Positions 55,893 through 64,000 of a stretch of 64,000 bases of DNA are shown one piece after another; the stretch's first letter is position 1; each line of letters starts with the position of its first letter. The notes below the pieces were generated by a model, which searched no databases, was not told where the DNA came from, and saw only the letters and a list, made by a program, of their open reading frames with translations. Source of the DNA: a virus (lineage: Duplodnaviria; Caudoviricetes); IMG/VR virus record IMGVR_UViG_3300020411_000002; one strand, given 5' to 3'. A program made the translations under genes and the position numbers.

Positions 55893-56641
55893 TGTATTTC
55901 GTAGTGTTCTCTATCTAACTTGTAATGAGGTTTCAAAACATCATCGTAGGTATTCTTAATAAGCTTAGCTAGCTTTTTATTTATTCCAAATCTTTCTTTA
56001 CATATTTCTAGCGATTTAGAAAATGAACCGTCTTTAGTGCGCAAGCTAGATGCAGTCCAGTCGCAACACATTTCAAGAACGTCTAGTAACGTCATACCTT
56101 CAACACCTTTAGAATAATGTTCTGGGTGGTGGCGATTGCAAGCATAGTGATTATCAAGTGCAGGCTTTAACCCAGCTAAACAGGCTTTGTATTCATCTGA
56201 ACCAAAAGTAATAGTTTTAAGCTTAGGAGTGAACTCAGTAAATAGCTCGATTTCTTTTTTACCTAGCTTTGACTGATCGTGTGTTACCATTCTTCCAGTA
56301 AGCGTAGACACTACAAAGGCAGAGAAAGACTTGTCACTAGGTTTCATCAAAGTCAGAGTGTTACTAATTATATTATCCACCTGCGCATCGCCTGATTCAA
56401 CATTAGGATTAACTGAATTCATATATGCTAACAGATTAGGAATATTGAACTTGGATACTTTCAAAGAAGAAGCACGGTCACTTAACTCCGTAAATTTTGT
56501 TAAATGATTATTTCGCAAGTACGAGTAATCATCGGAGTCCTCTAGAAACTCTTCTATTGAATGGTGAATAAAGCGCTGTACGTTCCAGATGTGCTGATAA
56601 GTTTCAAAGCCAATTAATTTTTGTTCGTCTGAGTATTGCAT
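55889..56641 (-). CDS. DUF5662-family (HD-like) protein
   Basis: T..HI..V, HDQSKL, FGSDEY, NRHHPEH, GMTLLDVLEMCCDW. Confidence 0.8.
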   Translation of the reverse strand: MQYSDEQKLIGFETYQHIWNVQRFIHHSIEEFLEDSDDYSYLRNNHLTKFTELSDRASSLKVSKFNIPNLLAYMNSVNPNVESGDAQVDNIISNTLTLMKPSDKSFSAFVVSTLTGRMVTHDQSKLGKKEIELFTEFTPKLKTITFGSDEYKACLAGLKPALDNHYACNRHHPEHYSKGVEGMTLLDVLEMCCDWTASSLRTKDGSFSKSLEICKERFGINKKLAKLIKNTYDDVLKPHYKLDREHYEIQ

Positions 56642-57114
56642 TTTAATTCCTGTAACCTAATTATATGGGTATGATAGAAAGTTATATCTTCTATAGCTTG
56701 ATAGCAATAATCGTTTCGGTTCGCTCTTATGCTAACAGTAAATCCAGAAGGTCTTTCTAGCTTCAATAAAAAATCAAGAATGTGATCTCTAAGATAGATA
56801 ACATCTGTTCTTGACCATTCATCTAGGTTGTTCAAATGAATACCTAGCTTTTTAGATATTTTAACCAGTCCAAGTAAGCGCTGGTATGAAACAGCGGAGT
56901 ACTTACCTTTAGTTACTTTATCGCTAAGATTAGTGTACTCTTCTAAGACTCGATTAAATTTTTCTTCGGCGTTGTCAGGAGTAAGACGAGAAGAGAATTT
57001 TTTATTTTCGAAGTTTCCGCTAATACCAAAATAAACTACGTCTTGATGTAGTCTATCGATGCGCCTAGTTAAGTCTCTACATTCACGATTTAAAGTATAA
57101 AGATCTGAACTCAT
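56614..57114 (-). CDS. Hypothetical protein
   Basis: 166-aa ORF downstream of a terminator. Confidence 0.7.
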   Translation of the reverse strand: MSSDLYTLNRECRDLTRRIDRLHQDVVYFGISGNFENKKFSSRLTPDNAEEKFNRVLEEYTNLSDKVTKGKYSAVSYQRLLGLVKISKKLGIHLNNLDEWSRTDVIYLRDHILDFLLKLERPSGFTVSIRANRNDYCYQAIEDITFYHTHIIRLQELKCNTQTNKN

Positions 57115-57133
57115 AAATACGTACCTGAAATAG

Positions 57134-57153
57134 AAAAGGGAGCTATTGCCCCC
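57134..57153 (-). terminator. Rho-independent terminator
   Basis: Minus strand GGGGGC-AATA-GCTCCC-TTTT directly after the MazG-like gene. Confidence 0.75.
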
Positions 57154-57176
57154 CCCTGTATAAGTTTACCAGAATT

Positions 57177-57815
57177 TTATTCTGAGATTTCTTGAAGGCG
57201 TCGAGCAGCCCAATCAAAAGTAAACGCTGAGAAGTCAACACCGCAAAGCTCTTTAAGAACGCTATCCATATCTGGATTCGGATGATTCTCAGGCTTGATA
57301 AGCTTACCGTCTTCGCGGAAGTAGTGACCGTCTTTGAACTTGGCAATGTTGTTGTAATCGACTTCTTTAGTGAACGGCTGTAGAGGAACACCAAACATCG
57401 AAGCAGTGCCATTTGCAATTACGCTAGAGTCAATCGCACCGTCAATGATTTCTTTCAGATTGAATTGACCATCAGCAAAGAACTCAAACGCTTCGTTAGC
57501 TTTAGCTGCCGATAAATTCTCACCTACAAAGTCAGGATGAACTTTAACAGATACACCAAGACCGCGAATCATTTCCAAACACTCTTCCAATTGAAGAGCA
57601 GCGCGAAGCAATGCATGTTCAGCCGTAATGCCGTCAACTGTTACTTTGTGATTAACAACTTGTTTTTCGTTGTGCTTAGAACATTCTTCACAGAAAGCAG
57701 TAACGCGGACCTGATGTAAATCAGCATGGTACATAGTACTGTCTTTAGGCAAGTTGCCGATAAAGTTGTCTACGAATTTTTGCTCTTCACTTATTTGCGT
57801 CAGTTTGTCACTCAT
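57177..57815 (-). CDS. MazG-like all-alpha nucleotide pyrophosphohydrolase (dUTPase/PRA-PH-like)
   Basis: L..EE..E...., EIIDGAID..VI..G, EV...N.AK, REDGKLIKP motifs. Confidence 0.85.
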   Translation of the reverse strand: MSDKLTQISEEQKFVDNFIGNLPKDSTMYHADLHQVRVTAFCEECSKHNEKQVVNHKVTVDGITAEHALLRAALQLEECLEMIRGLGVSVKVHPDFVGENLSAAKANEAFEFFADGQFNLKEIIDGAIDSSVIANGTASMFGVPLQPFTKEVDYNNIAKFKDGHYFREDGKLIKPENHPNPDMDSVLKELCGVDFSAFTFDWAARRLQEISE

Positions 57816-57825
57816 TTTATTTTCC

Positions 57826-58017
57826 TTAAGGTTGTTTTCGTTTTTCTAACATTGTACTAGCTAGTTTGTAAGACCAATCCGCAATCTGAGAATCACTAAG
57901 ATCGGGCTTACTGATTAAGATAGACTTCATTGCTTCAATAGCAATCTTATCGCGAAGCTCTACGAGATTTACTCGACTTTCTTGATTTAGAGCGTAGTTT
58001 ATTGTTTCTTGATCCAT
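57826..58017 (-). CDS. Small conserved phage protein
   Basis: LRDKIAIEAM...A..SY.LA..ML..R pattern of a common small phage family; GAGGA RBS; 71-nt overlap with the dnaX-like 3' end. Confidence 0.7.
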   Translation of the reverse strand: MDQETINYALNQESRVNLVELRDKIAIEAMKSILISKPDLSDSQIADWSYKLASTMLEKRKQP

Positions 58018-59320
58018 CTTCTGAATCCTCTTCGTCTTCGTGTTCGATTATACCTAATTCTCTAGGTTTGTTTCCAGCATCCGCACTAAGTCGTGCAAAG
58101 ATTACATCTTCAACAACCATTGAAGAGAAGCGAACACGCAAATGGTTAGCGGCATTGATAGCAGGCACAGTCAAAATAGTGTGATGTGCTTTATCTAGAA
58201 TGTCAGCAACCTTAACAATCAAAGGCAAAGATACATTGATCTTTTCTTTGTACTTGGTTTCTAGATTTTTCTTGGCAGTGAAATAGCTTTTGCCGATAGG
58301 TGGAACATAGTTCACTAACTTAACAACATAATCGGTATACCACTTCAAGAACCATGCAAGCTTGTTAATAAACTCGTGAGTGTTTTCTACTCGGCTAAGA
58401 ATGTTCATCATTCCAAATAGGTCTTGGGACACAGTATACACAAAGAAAGATACAGCAAGCTTTTCACTGTCTGCGCCAGAAGACTGTTCATACAGTTGAA
58501 CAACTGATTTATCATCTAGGGCCGCATCGCCTGAAGCAACAGCACTTAGCAATCCATCTAATTGAGAAAGAGCTAATCGCACTTGACCTTGAGAGTATTC
58601 GGCAATAGTCATTAATGCGTCTTCAAGATTGTCTTCTTTAGAAGTCTCTATGCCTTCTAGCTCAACAATATCGTGTAGACGTTCAGCAATTAGTTCAGGC
58701 GCTACAGGTCTTAATGCTAAGTCTTGGCAGCGATTGAACATTGTCTTTTTAATCTTGGCTACTTCTGTAGTACAAAGTATCCAAATAGTTTTAGGGCTTG
58801 GTTGTTCTAAAGGAATTAATAGAGCTTCAAGCGCTTTACCAGATAGAAGATGAACTTCATCAACTATATTAAAGCGACGGCGGTAGCGAGGACTAGTGTT
58901 AGACGTAGCAACAAGATTACGCATATCGTCAACACCTGATTGCTCCCCTGCGTTAACGTAAGTAACATCGGGAAGTTCTTTTTCGTATGAACAGTAACTA
59001 CATTTACCACATGCAGAAAGAGTTTCACAGTTCACGTAACGGGCGATAAGCATTGCAAGCGTTGTTTTGCCAGCACCAGTTTCACCGTGAATGAGAATAG
59101 TTTGAGGGAAAGTTTTGGACTTAATCCAACCTTTGATTTTCTTAACAGAGGCTTCCTGCCCAACATAGTCTTCAAGAACTTTAGGACGATATTGAGCAGC
59201 AAGATTTCGAGTGACAATATCAAATGATTCATTTGACTCAGTACTCTTTTTAGAAGAGCGGGTTCTCGACGGTTTTTTAGTTCCAGTACGAGTTCGTGCA
59301 GTACGTTGACGTTGTGCCAT
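57947..59320 (-). CDS. dnaX: DNA polymerase III gamma/tau-like clamp-loader subunit
   Basis: LAAQYRPK...D.VGQ, Walker A GETGAGKTT, zinc CETLSACGKCSYC, DEVHLLS, ILCTTE..KI, RCQ, GQVRLALS.LD. Confidence 0.93.
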   Translation of the reverse strand: MAQRQRTARTRTGTKKPSRTRSSKKSTESNESFDIVTRNLAAQYRPKVLEDYVGQEASVKKIKGWIKSKTFPQTILIHGETGAGKTTLAMLIARYVNCETLSACGKCSYCSYEKELPDVTYVNAGEQSGVDDMRNLVATSNTSPRYRRRFNIVDEVHLLSGKALEALLIPLEQPSPKTIWILCTTEVAKIKKTMFNRCQDLALRPVAPELIAERLHDIVELEGIETSKEDNLEDALMTIAEYSQGQVRLALSQLDGLLSAVASGDAALDDKSVVQLYEQSSGADSEKLAVSFFVYTVSQDLFGMMNILSRVENTHEFINKLAWFLKWYTDYVVKLVNYVPPIGKSYFTAKKNLETKYKEKINVSLPLIVKVADILDKAHHTILTVPAINAANHLRVRFSSMVVEDVIFARLSADAGNKPRELGIIEHEDEEDSEDGSRNNKLRSKSRKSSKSRRASR

Positions 59321-59367
59321 GTGCTATGTAACCTCAAAAGATTTTTGATACTAGTTGTATAGCACAT
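59319..59367 (-). promoter_or_regulatory. Hairpin covering the RBS and start codon of the dnaX-like gene
   Basis: ATGTGCTAT (59319-59327) and ATAGCACAT (59359-59367) are a perfect inverted pair; inner TCAAAA/TTTTGA pair; SD GAGG lies inside. Confidence 0.6.
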
Positions 59368-59378
59368 ATTTACACTTT

Positions 59379-60014
59379 TTACTTTCTAGCTTTGTAGTTG
59401 GAATTTCCAAAATATCGAAGCGCTAACTGCATAGCTTTAGCTTTCCATTGAGGTACGCCTCTAATAAGCAAACTCAAATAGAATAAAAAGTCACTATTGT
59501 CTTTTGTTAGATATCTAATACACTCAGTAGGAGTGTCTAGGTATCCTATATGCTCCAAACTCATTTCAATAGGAACACGATACATCAAGTCATGTAATAC
59601 AGCAGGCTTAGCGGCACGACCTAATGGACTTACTAACCACCACAAGATTTGTGGACTGCTAACAAAGTCAGTTACGAAGCCTGGGAGTATAACAATGTGA
59701 ACATAAGTTTCAACAATGTCATTACCTACATCGCGTTGTCGATTAATTGAAACCTCGTAACCTTTATTTGGATTCATGTATACCCAAAAGTAAAAGTCCA
59801 TTGACTCTTTAAGAATAAAATCTTTGCCGTTATCGTCAAGTTCAACGATTGGGTTTTGCAGAAACGTTTTAGTATACGGTCTAAAGTTTGGAAATTTGTG
59901 CGTTTGCACTGATCTGATTAGTGCTTTTCCTCTTATATGCTTAACCAACTTTACAGTCTCACCTTTTTGTTGAGGGGCAGTTTCAGTAAAGTCTTTAAGA
60001 ATCTCTGAGTACAT
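59379..60014 (-). CDS. DUF1353-domain protein
   Basis: ILPGFVTDFVSSPQILWWLVSPLG...PAVLHDLMY, D..F...L...GVP.WKA. Confidence 0.85.
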   Translation of the reverse strand: MYSEILKDFTETAPQQKGETVKLVKHIRGKALIRSVQTHKFPNFRPYTKTFLQNPIVELDDNGKDFILKESMDFYFWVYMNPNKGYEVSINRQRDVGNDIVETYVHIVILPGFVTDFVSSPQILWWLVSPLGRAAKPAVLHDLMYRVPIEMSLEHIGYLDTPTECIRYLTKDNSDFLFYLSLLIRGVPQWKAKAMQLALRYFGNSNYKARK

Positions 60015-60016
60015 CG

Positions 60017-60691
60017 CTAGAGTCCTTTTTTATTTTTGATTTGAAGAATAACGTCACGCACTTCTTCAATGTTTTGATTAACAGATCGGTTACTGCAAAT
60101 AGTACCATGAGTTTCTATGTGAGAATTCCAAGAGCGAAGACTCTTTATGACATAAGTGTCTGGGTCTTCTTGGGCTTCTTGGATAATACCAGCGCTATCT
60201 TCGATAACTAGGTCTAAGTCATCTGCTATATGATCGAGAATGAATTCTATTTTGCTGACACCGTAACCTAGAACTGCAAGTGCATCATATTCTAAGTTGT
60301 TACGATGTAAAAAGTTGAATGAATTACTATAACCCTTTGGATGAAAACCTCTATGCGTTACTACAGCTATATAGAATCCATAGTATCGCAGTATTGCAAA
60401 AAGGTGAGGCACATAAGAATACAGTAGCGGTTGATTCATGTAATCAAACGATTGAAGAAAAGCCAGCGTATCACCATTATGTCTACCTAGTTGCGGAAAG
60501 GATTTGTGAAGCTGCAAATCTTCTAAATCATCAATTAGAACTTTTGTTTTATATCTATCATTAAGATGGTCTAGTAGAATTTGTGTGCATGGATAAATAA
60601 CATCATCTATATCTACAAGTACTACAGGTTGACCTTCTTTGTGAGGTGTTTTAATATTTAGCTTAGAGGCAGCGCTTACTTGCTTTAACAT
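60017..60691 (-). CDS. HAD-superfamily 5'(3')-deoxyribonucleotidase-like protein
   Basis: Motif I VLVDIDDVI, motif II VVTHR, K plus IEDS motif, WN tail. Confidence 0.85.
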   Translation of the reverse strand: MLKQVSAASKLNIKTPHKEGQPVVLVDIDDVIYPCTQILLDHLNDRYKTKVLIDDLEDLQLHKSFPQLGRHNGDTLAFLQSFDYMNQPLLYSYVPHLFAILRYYGFYIAVVTHRGFHPKGYSNSFNFLHRNNLEYDALAVLGYGVSKIEFILDHIADDLDLVIEDSAGIIQEAQEDPDTYVIKSLRSWNSHIETHGTICSNRSVNQNIEEVRDVILQIKNKKGL

Positions 60692-60749
60692 ATTAACTCC
60701 AATTTTTTATTATTGCGCATATTGAAATTACAAGTAAGCGCAACATTTG

Positions 60750-61079
60750 TTATGGTATATGGATAGAACTTGTTTGTTCGATATATGCTTTTTCAATATC
60801 TACAGGTATTTCAAAAATAGCCAAGACAGAAGAGTTTTCCAAAGTCACTTGTGCATCTGGATACAAGGTAAGAAAAGGTTTATCTATCGATAGACCCATT
60901 TGAACACCTTGTGGAGTTTGTTGAGGTTGAAGATGCAGTTCACGAACTTTTTCAATAACCAAAGATTCAGTAGTATGAGAAATAGAATGAACAGTGGCAA
61001 GCAATTCAACACCTGATAGATGTTTGATGTATACAGGCTTACCTATTTTATTCGGTAGACTTCGCATTTCGATTTGCAT
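60750..61079 (-). CDS. Hypothetical protein, possible Sm-like fold
   Basis: IKHLSGVELLA.V...LVIEK...Q....G.Q....PF...V.L resembles phage Sm-like proteins; AAGGA RBS. Confidence 0.5.
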   Translation of the reverse strand: MQIEMRSLPNKIGKPVYIKHLSGVELLATVHSISHTTESLVIEKVRELHLQPQQTPQGVQMGLSIDKPFLTLYPDAQVTLENSSVLAIFEIPVDIEKAYIEQTSSIHIP

Positions 61080-61402
61080 TTTGTTTCCTTTATAGTTTCG
61101 TCAAGTGCATCTAAAGCCCAAGCGCTTAGAGGCATATCAAGACGTATTCTTTCTGAATGTCTAAAGACATTTACGATACTACTACCAACCCAGTATCTGG
61201 AAACATGATTGACTTTACTATCAATGTATCCATGACCACCAGCTTGTATAGTGTGAGCTTCTAACAAGTCGCCGTTAAGCTCCTTAACAAAGCGTTCAAC
61301 TTTTCTGTCGAACTCTTCTCTTTCTTGTTTGGTATCAGTTCTAAAATAAAGACCGATTCCGATTTTGATTAATCTAAGACCTAACTTATCTTTGAAGCTC
61401 AT
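61043..61402 (-). CDS. Hypothetical protein
   Basis: 119-aa ORF overlapping its neighbours. Confidence 0.7.
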   Translation of the reverse strand: MSFKDKLGLRLIKIGIGLYFRTDTKQEREEFDRKVERFVKELNGDLLEAHTIQAGGHGYIDSKVNHVSRYWVGSSIVNVFRHSERIRLDMPLSAWALDALDETIKETKCKSKCEVYRIK

Positions 61403-61797
61403 TTGCTTAAAATCCTATATAGGGTTTCTGCTGCACTACCATTAACTTTAATCACATTGTATATATGCGACTTAGGTATTTTGAATACAGTACTGTGTGA
61501 TACAAAAGGATTAGCAGGATATAGATGAACAATTTCCTGATCACCTATTCTATCTAGCTTCAATTTAAAGCACTTGTTAAAGTTAATGATATATTCCTTG
61601 ATTGCACTAGTAGCACCTAACCATGTTTCACCGTTTGCCAAGGTAAAGATATAGTACCAGACTTCGGCAGATGAAGACCCAGTTAAATCGCTATCGTAGA
61701 ACGAGAACGTAAAGCTATCTTGATTTAGAAAAGCTGATGCAGATTCAAAAGTAGTTGGAACTTTTATAGTGTGCGCAATAAGATAAGGTTTGTCCAT
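61399..61797 (-). CDS. Hypothetical protein
   Basis: 132-aa ORF. Confidence 0.75.
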   Translation of the reverse strand: MDKPYLIAHTIKVPTTFESASAFLNQDSFTFSFYDSDLTGSSSAEVWYYIFTLANGETWLGATSAIKEYIINFNKCFKLKLDRIGDQEIVHLYPANPFVSHSTVFKIPKSHIYNVIKVNGSAAETLYRILSK

Positions 61798-61801
61798 AAT
61801 T

Positions 61802-62797
61802 TTACTCGTAAGTTTTTACTAAGCTTTTAACAGTAGCCTTACAGCCTTTGACAACATCTTTAGGCAATTTACGTCCAAGCAAGAAATAACTAAAAGACTC
61901 TGCAAAGAATTCTTTAACGTTTTTCATTGCGTACTCGGTTACGTCTATCTTAAACATTGGATTGTCTGTCACTACAGGCCAAAGCTCTTTAAACTTGTCA
62001 GGCTTATTAAGGGCTAGTGACTCGAACTCTTCGGTATCGATGTGATGAACTTTCTTAACGTATGCGATTACTTCTTTGAACGCATCGTGTTCGTCTGGGT
62101 TTTCAGACTTCAATTCTTTCATCATATCTTTGAAGCGAACACCTGTCTTAGTGATTTCTACGACAATATCTGCTAGCTCTTGAAGCTCGGTCTCACCGTA
62201 ACGATTAATATCATTACGTTTGTTGAAGCTACTAGACCAACGTGCTCTGTAGTCGCGTGGCAACTGTCTGAACCAAACACCGTGAGAAGATTCGTGCAAG
62301 ATATAATACACAAGCTCGTCTACGTTTGTTAGGTCAGTAGGAGTAAGTAGCAGAATATCTTCGAATCCCTCTTGACCTGTTTTAGAATGGTAAGCACCTT
62401 GCATTCTACTGACGTTGGGCTTAACTTGAATCTTAGAAAGACAAGAAGCGAACCCGAACGCATCATGCTTTTCAAGAATTTCTTTTGCTTTCTTGAACGC
62501 TTTAATCAAGCAACGCTTTTCCCGATCATCTATTTCGCGGAAGATATCAACTTTGATAGGCCAACCTACTGCAAGGTCGTCTAGATAGATAATGATAGTC
62601 TGCCCATATACTTTGCCACCTATCTTAGGAGTCTTACCTAGGTTAGCTAGCATTTCAGAAGACTTAAATTCAATAGTCTGCTGATCATGAGTTTCCATGC
62701 CGTCTTCTTTTAACAACTTTCCTTTCGCATACGCTAAGCCAAAGTGCGTCTTGCCTTCTACCTCTACAACAACGTAGTCGTCTTTTCCATACTTCAT
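61802..62797 (-). CDS. Putative zincin-like metallopeptidase
   Basis: HExxH (ILHESSHG, 62282-62296) plus distal TEYA..N..EFFAESF third-ligand motif. Confidence 0.7.
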   Translation of the reverse strand: MKYGKDDYVVVEVEGKTHFGLAYAKGKLLKEDGMETHDQQTIEFKSSEMLANLGKTPKIGGKVYGQTIIIYLDDLAVGWPIKVDIFREIDDREKRCLIKAFKKAKEILEKHDAFGFASCLSKIQVKPNVSRMQGAYHSKTGQEGFEDILLLTPTDLTNVDELVYYILHESSHGVWFRQLPRDYRARWSSSFNKRNDINRYGETELQELADIVVEITKTGVRFKDMMKELKSENPDEHDAFKEVIAYVKKVHHIDTEEFESLALNKPDKFKELWPVVTDNPMFKIDVTEYAMKNVKEFFAESFSYFLLGRKLPKDVVKGCKATVKSLVKTYE

Positions 62798-62814
62798 TTG
62801 AATGTACCTTTATT

Positions 62815-63873
62815 CTAACACTTATACTCTTTACAGATTCCGACCCACGTATATCCAGAGGTGTACAGTGCTTTGATATCTCGCTTGATATCGTCTTTAT
62901 CTCCCGTAACGCCTCGCTCTTGCAAACACGAATACAAGTACTCAGTTACGTCAGATATAGGATACGAGGATATCTGCATTAGATCCAAAACGTTATCGAT
63001 AGTAAGTTCTGTATCAGGTATATCCATAATGTAGTTGAGATAGAAATCAACCGTGTCTAGCTTTGAACGCTTGTGAATTAGTGCTGATATTTCTGCACTG
63101 AGTGCCGTCTTTTCGGTTCTGTATCTCGCACCCATAGTACGTAAATGCATAATCTCTTTATCAAGATAGCTGTCAAGGTCGTTGCGTATGTTCAACAACT
63201 TGATAACGTCCTTGTATTTGCACCGAGTCTCGCTAGTAAACGTGTCGTAAGTTTCTTTATACGACTGCGCGATTTGAATAGCATCAACTAATGCCTTAGT
63301 TGATTTATTTATATTCTCGAAGTCTTGTTTTTCTAAGTCAGGACTATCAGGCATGTTTCTAAAAGCACGAATAATTGCATCTAGCTTTTTATTCTCTTCT
63401 AATGCGGTAGGAAATTTGCGTCTTTCCGCTATAGCAAAAAGACCGGGTGTATAGATAGGATTGACTGTTAGCTTTTCTATTACTTTACGAATAGGCAATT
63501 CTATATAGAAGTTAAAATAATCTTTGTTGCTATACTGACTAACAAAGTAAGTTTTCAGTCTAGAAAATGAAGCGGTCTTCTTCTGTAGCAACTCCATTTC
63601 AAGATCGTGTTGATTCTCTAAAACCTGATTAGCGGCTAAGCGTTCTCGAAACTCGTCAATCTTTTCAGTGATTAAAACTGACTGCTTAGACCGTTCTGGA
63701 ATAGACTTTCGCGCTCTGTTAGAAATAACAGTAGCTATTCTACTATTACCAATTAGACCCGATAGACCTGATATGTCTACGCCGTTTACACTCACAATAC
63801 GCGCATTACGCAACATATCTTTGAAGTGTGCTATTGCTTTCGCTTGTAAAATATTAGTTTTATTATCATTCAT
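62815..63873 (-). CDS. Hypothetical helical protein
   Basis: 352-aa ORF; no motif recognised. Confidence 0.85.
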   Translation of the reverse strand: MNDNKTNILQAKAIAHFKDMLRNARIVSVNGVDISGLSGLIGNSRIATVISNRARKSIPERSKQSVLITEKIDEFRERLAANQVLENQHDLEMELLQKKTASFSRLKTYFVSQYSNKDYFNFYIELPIRKVIEKLTVNPIYTPGLFAIAERRKFPTALEENKKLDAIIRAFRNMPDSPDLEKQDFENINKSTKALVDAIQIAQSYKETYDTFTSETRCKYKDVIKLLNIRNDLDSYLDKEIMHLRTMGARYRTEKTALSAEISALIHKRSKLDTVDFYLNYIMDIPDTELTIDNVLDLMQISSYPISDVTEYLYSCLQERGVTGDKDDIKRDIKALYTSGYTWVGICKEYKC

Positions 63874-63948
63874 TGTAATAACCTTATAAGCAGATCTATC
63901 CCATTAAAGATCAATTAGAACTATATAAATCATAGATTTTTAATGTTC

Positions 63949-64000
63949 TTTAATTGTTTAACTTTTTAATTGTTTAAGTTTCTTTTTTTTTTTTTTTTTT
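63949..64000. repeat. AT-rich end: 13-bp direct repeat plus poly-T run
   Basis: TTTAATTGTTTAA at 63949-63961 and 63965-63977; 18 consecutive T at 63983-64000. Confidence 0.7.

Noticed and set aside
57947-59320. E. coli-style -1 frameshift in dnaX giving gamma and tau
   Set aside because: I found no A-AAA-AAG heptamer by eye, and the protein is already short, lacking tau C-terminal domains
60713-60743. TTGCGC...GCGCAA inverted repeat upstream of the HAD gene
   Set aside because: Weak interrupted stem with no U-tract on the coding strand; insufficient to call a terminator
189-63889. Numerous plus-strand ORFs (e.g. 6076..6564, 6218..6451, 43517..44185, 47974..48420)
   Set aside because: All lie antisense to long, well-supported minus-strand genes, and their Ser/Phe/Leu-rich composition is the expected mirror of E/K/D-rich coding; no RBS or motifs
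1-64000. CRISPR array, tRNA or rRNA genes
   Set aside because: Intergenic gaps are all under 200 bp and show no spaced direct repeats or cloverleafs; manual inspection only, no tRNAscan run
1-64000. Stop-codon reassignment
   Set aside because: Conserved long genes (ligase, PolA, SNF2, SbcC, sheath) are intact in the standard code, and TAA, TAG and TGA all end genes at sensible coupled junctions

Overview
A 64-kb segment of a large (jumbo-type) contractile-tailed dsDNA phage. Coding is dense and every credible gene is on the minus strand; the plus-strand ORFs in the track look like antisense shadows. Left to right: (1) ~1-7.6 kb: unknown proteins, a GT2-TPR glycosyltransferase, an Ig-like protein, an NAD-dependent DNA ligase and a protein with a long acidic tract. 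(2) ~7.6-24.4 kb: tail module with a 1309-aa fibre-like protein, five paralogous 333-399-aa proteins, three proteins sharing an N-terminal fibre module, and the tail sheath. (3) ~24.5-35.1 kb: J-domain protein, SF2 helicase, possible UvsY-like protein, beta-clamp-like protein and a family A DNA polymerase with an N-terminal UDG-like domain. (4) ~35.2-49.1 kb: peptidoglycan-binding protein, 1928-aa SNF2-like ATPase, HNH nuclease, probable virion proteins and a histone-H1-like basic protein. (5) ~49.3-64 kb: SbcD/SbcC-like nuclease pair, DHH, DUF5662, MazG-like pyrophosphatase, DnaX-like clamp loader, DUF1353, HAD nucleotidase and a zincin-like protein. From memory this gene combination resembles RSL1/PaBG/Lu11-type jumbo phages, which needs a database check. 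I saw no tRNA, rRNA, CRISPR array, integrase or transposase. All functional calls come from reading motifs by eye; no searches were run.
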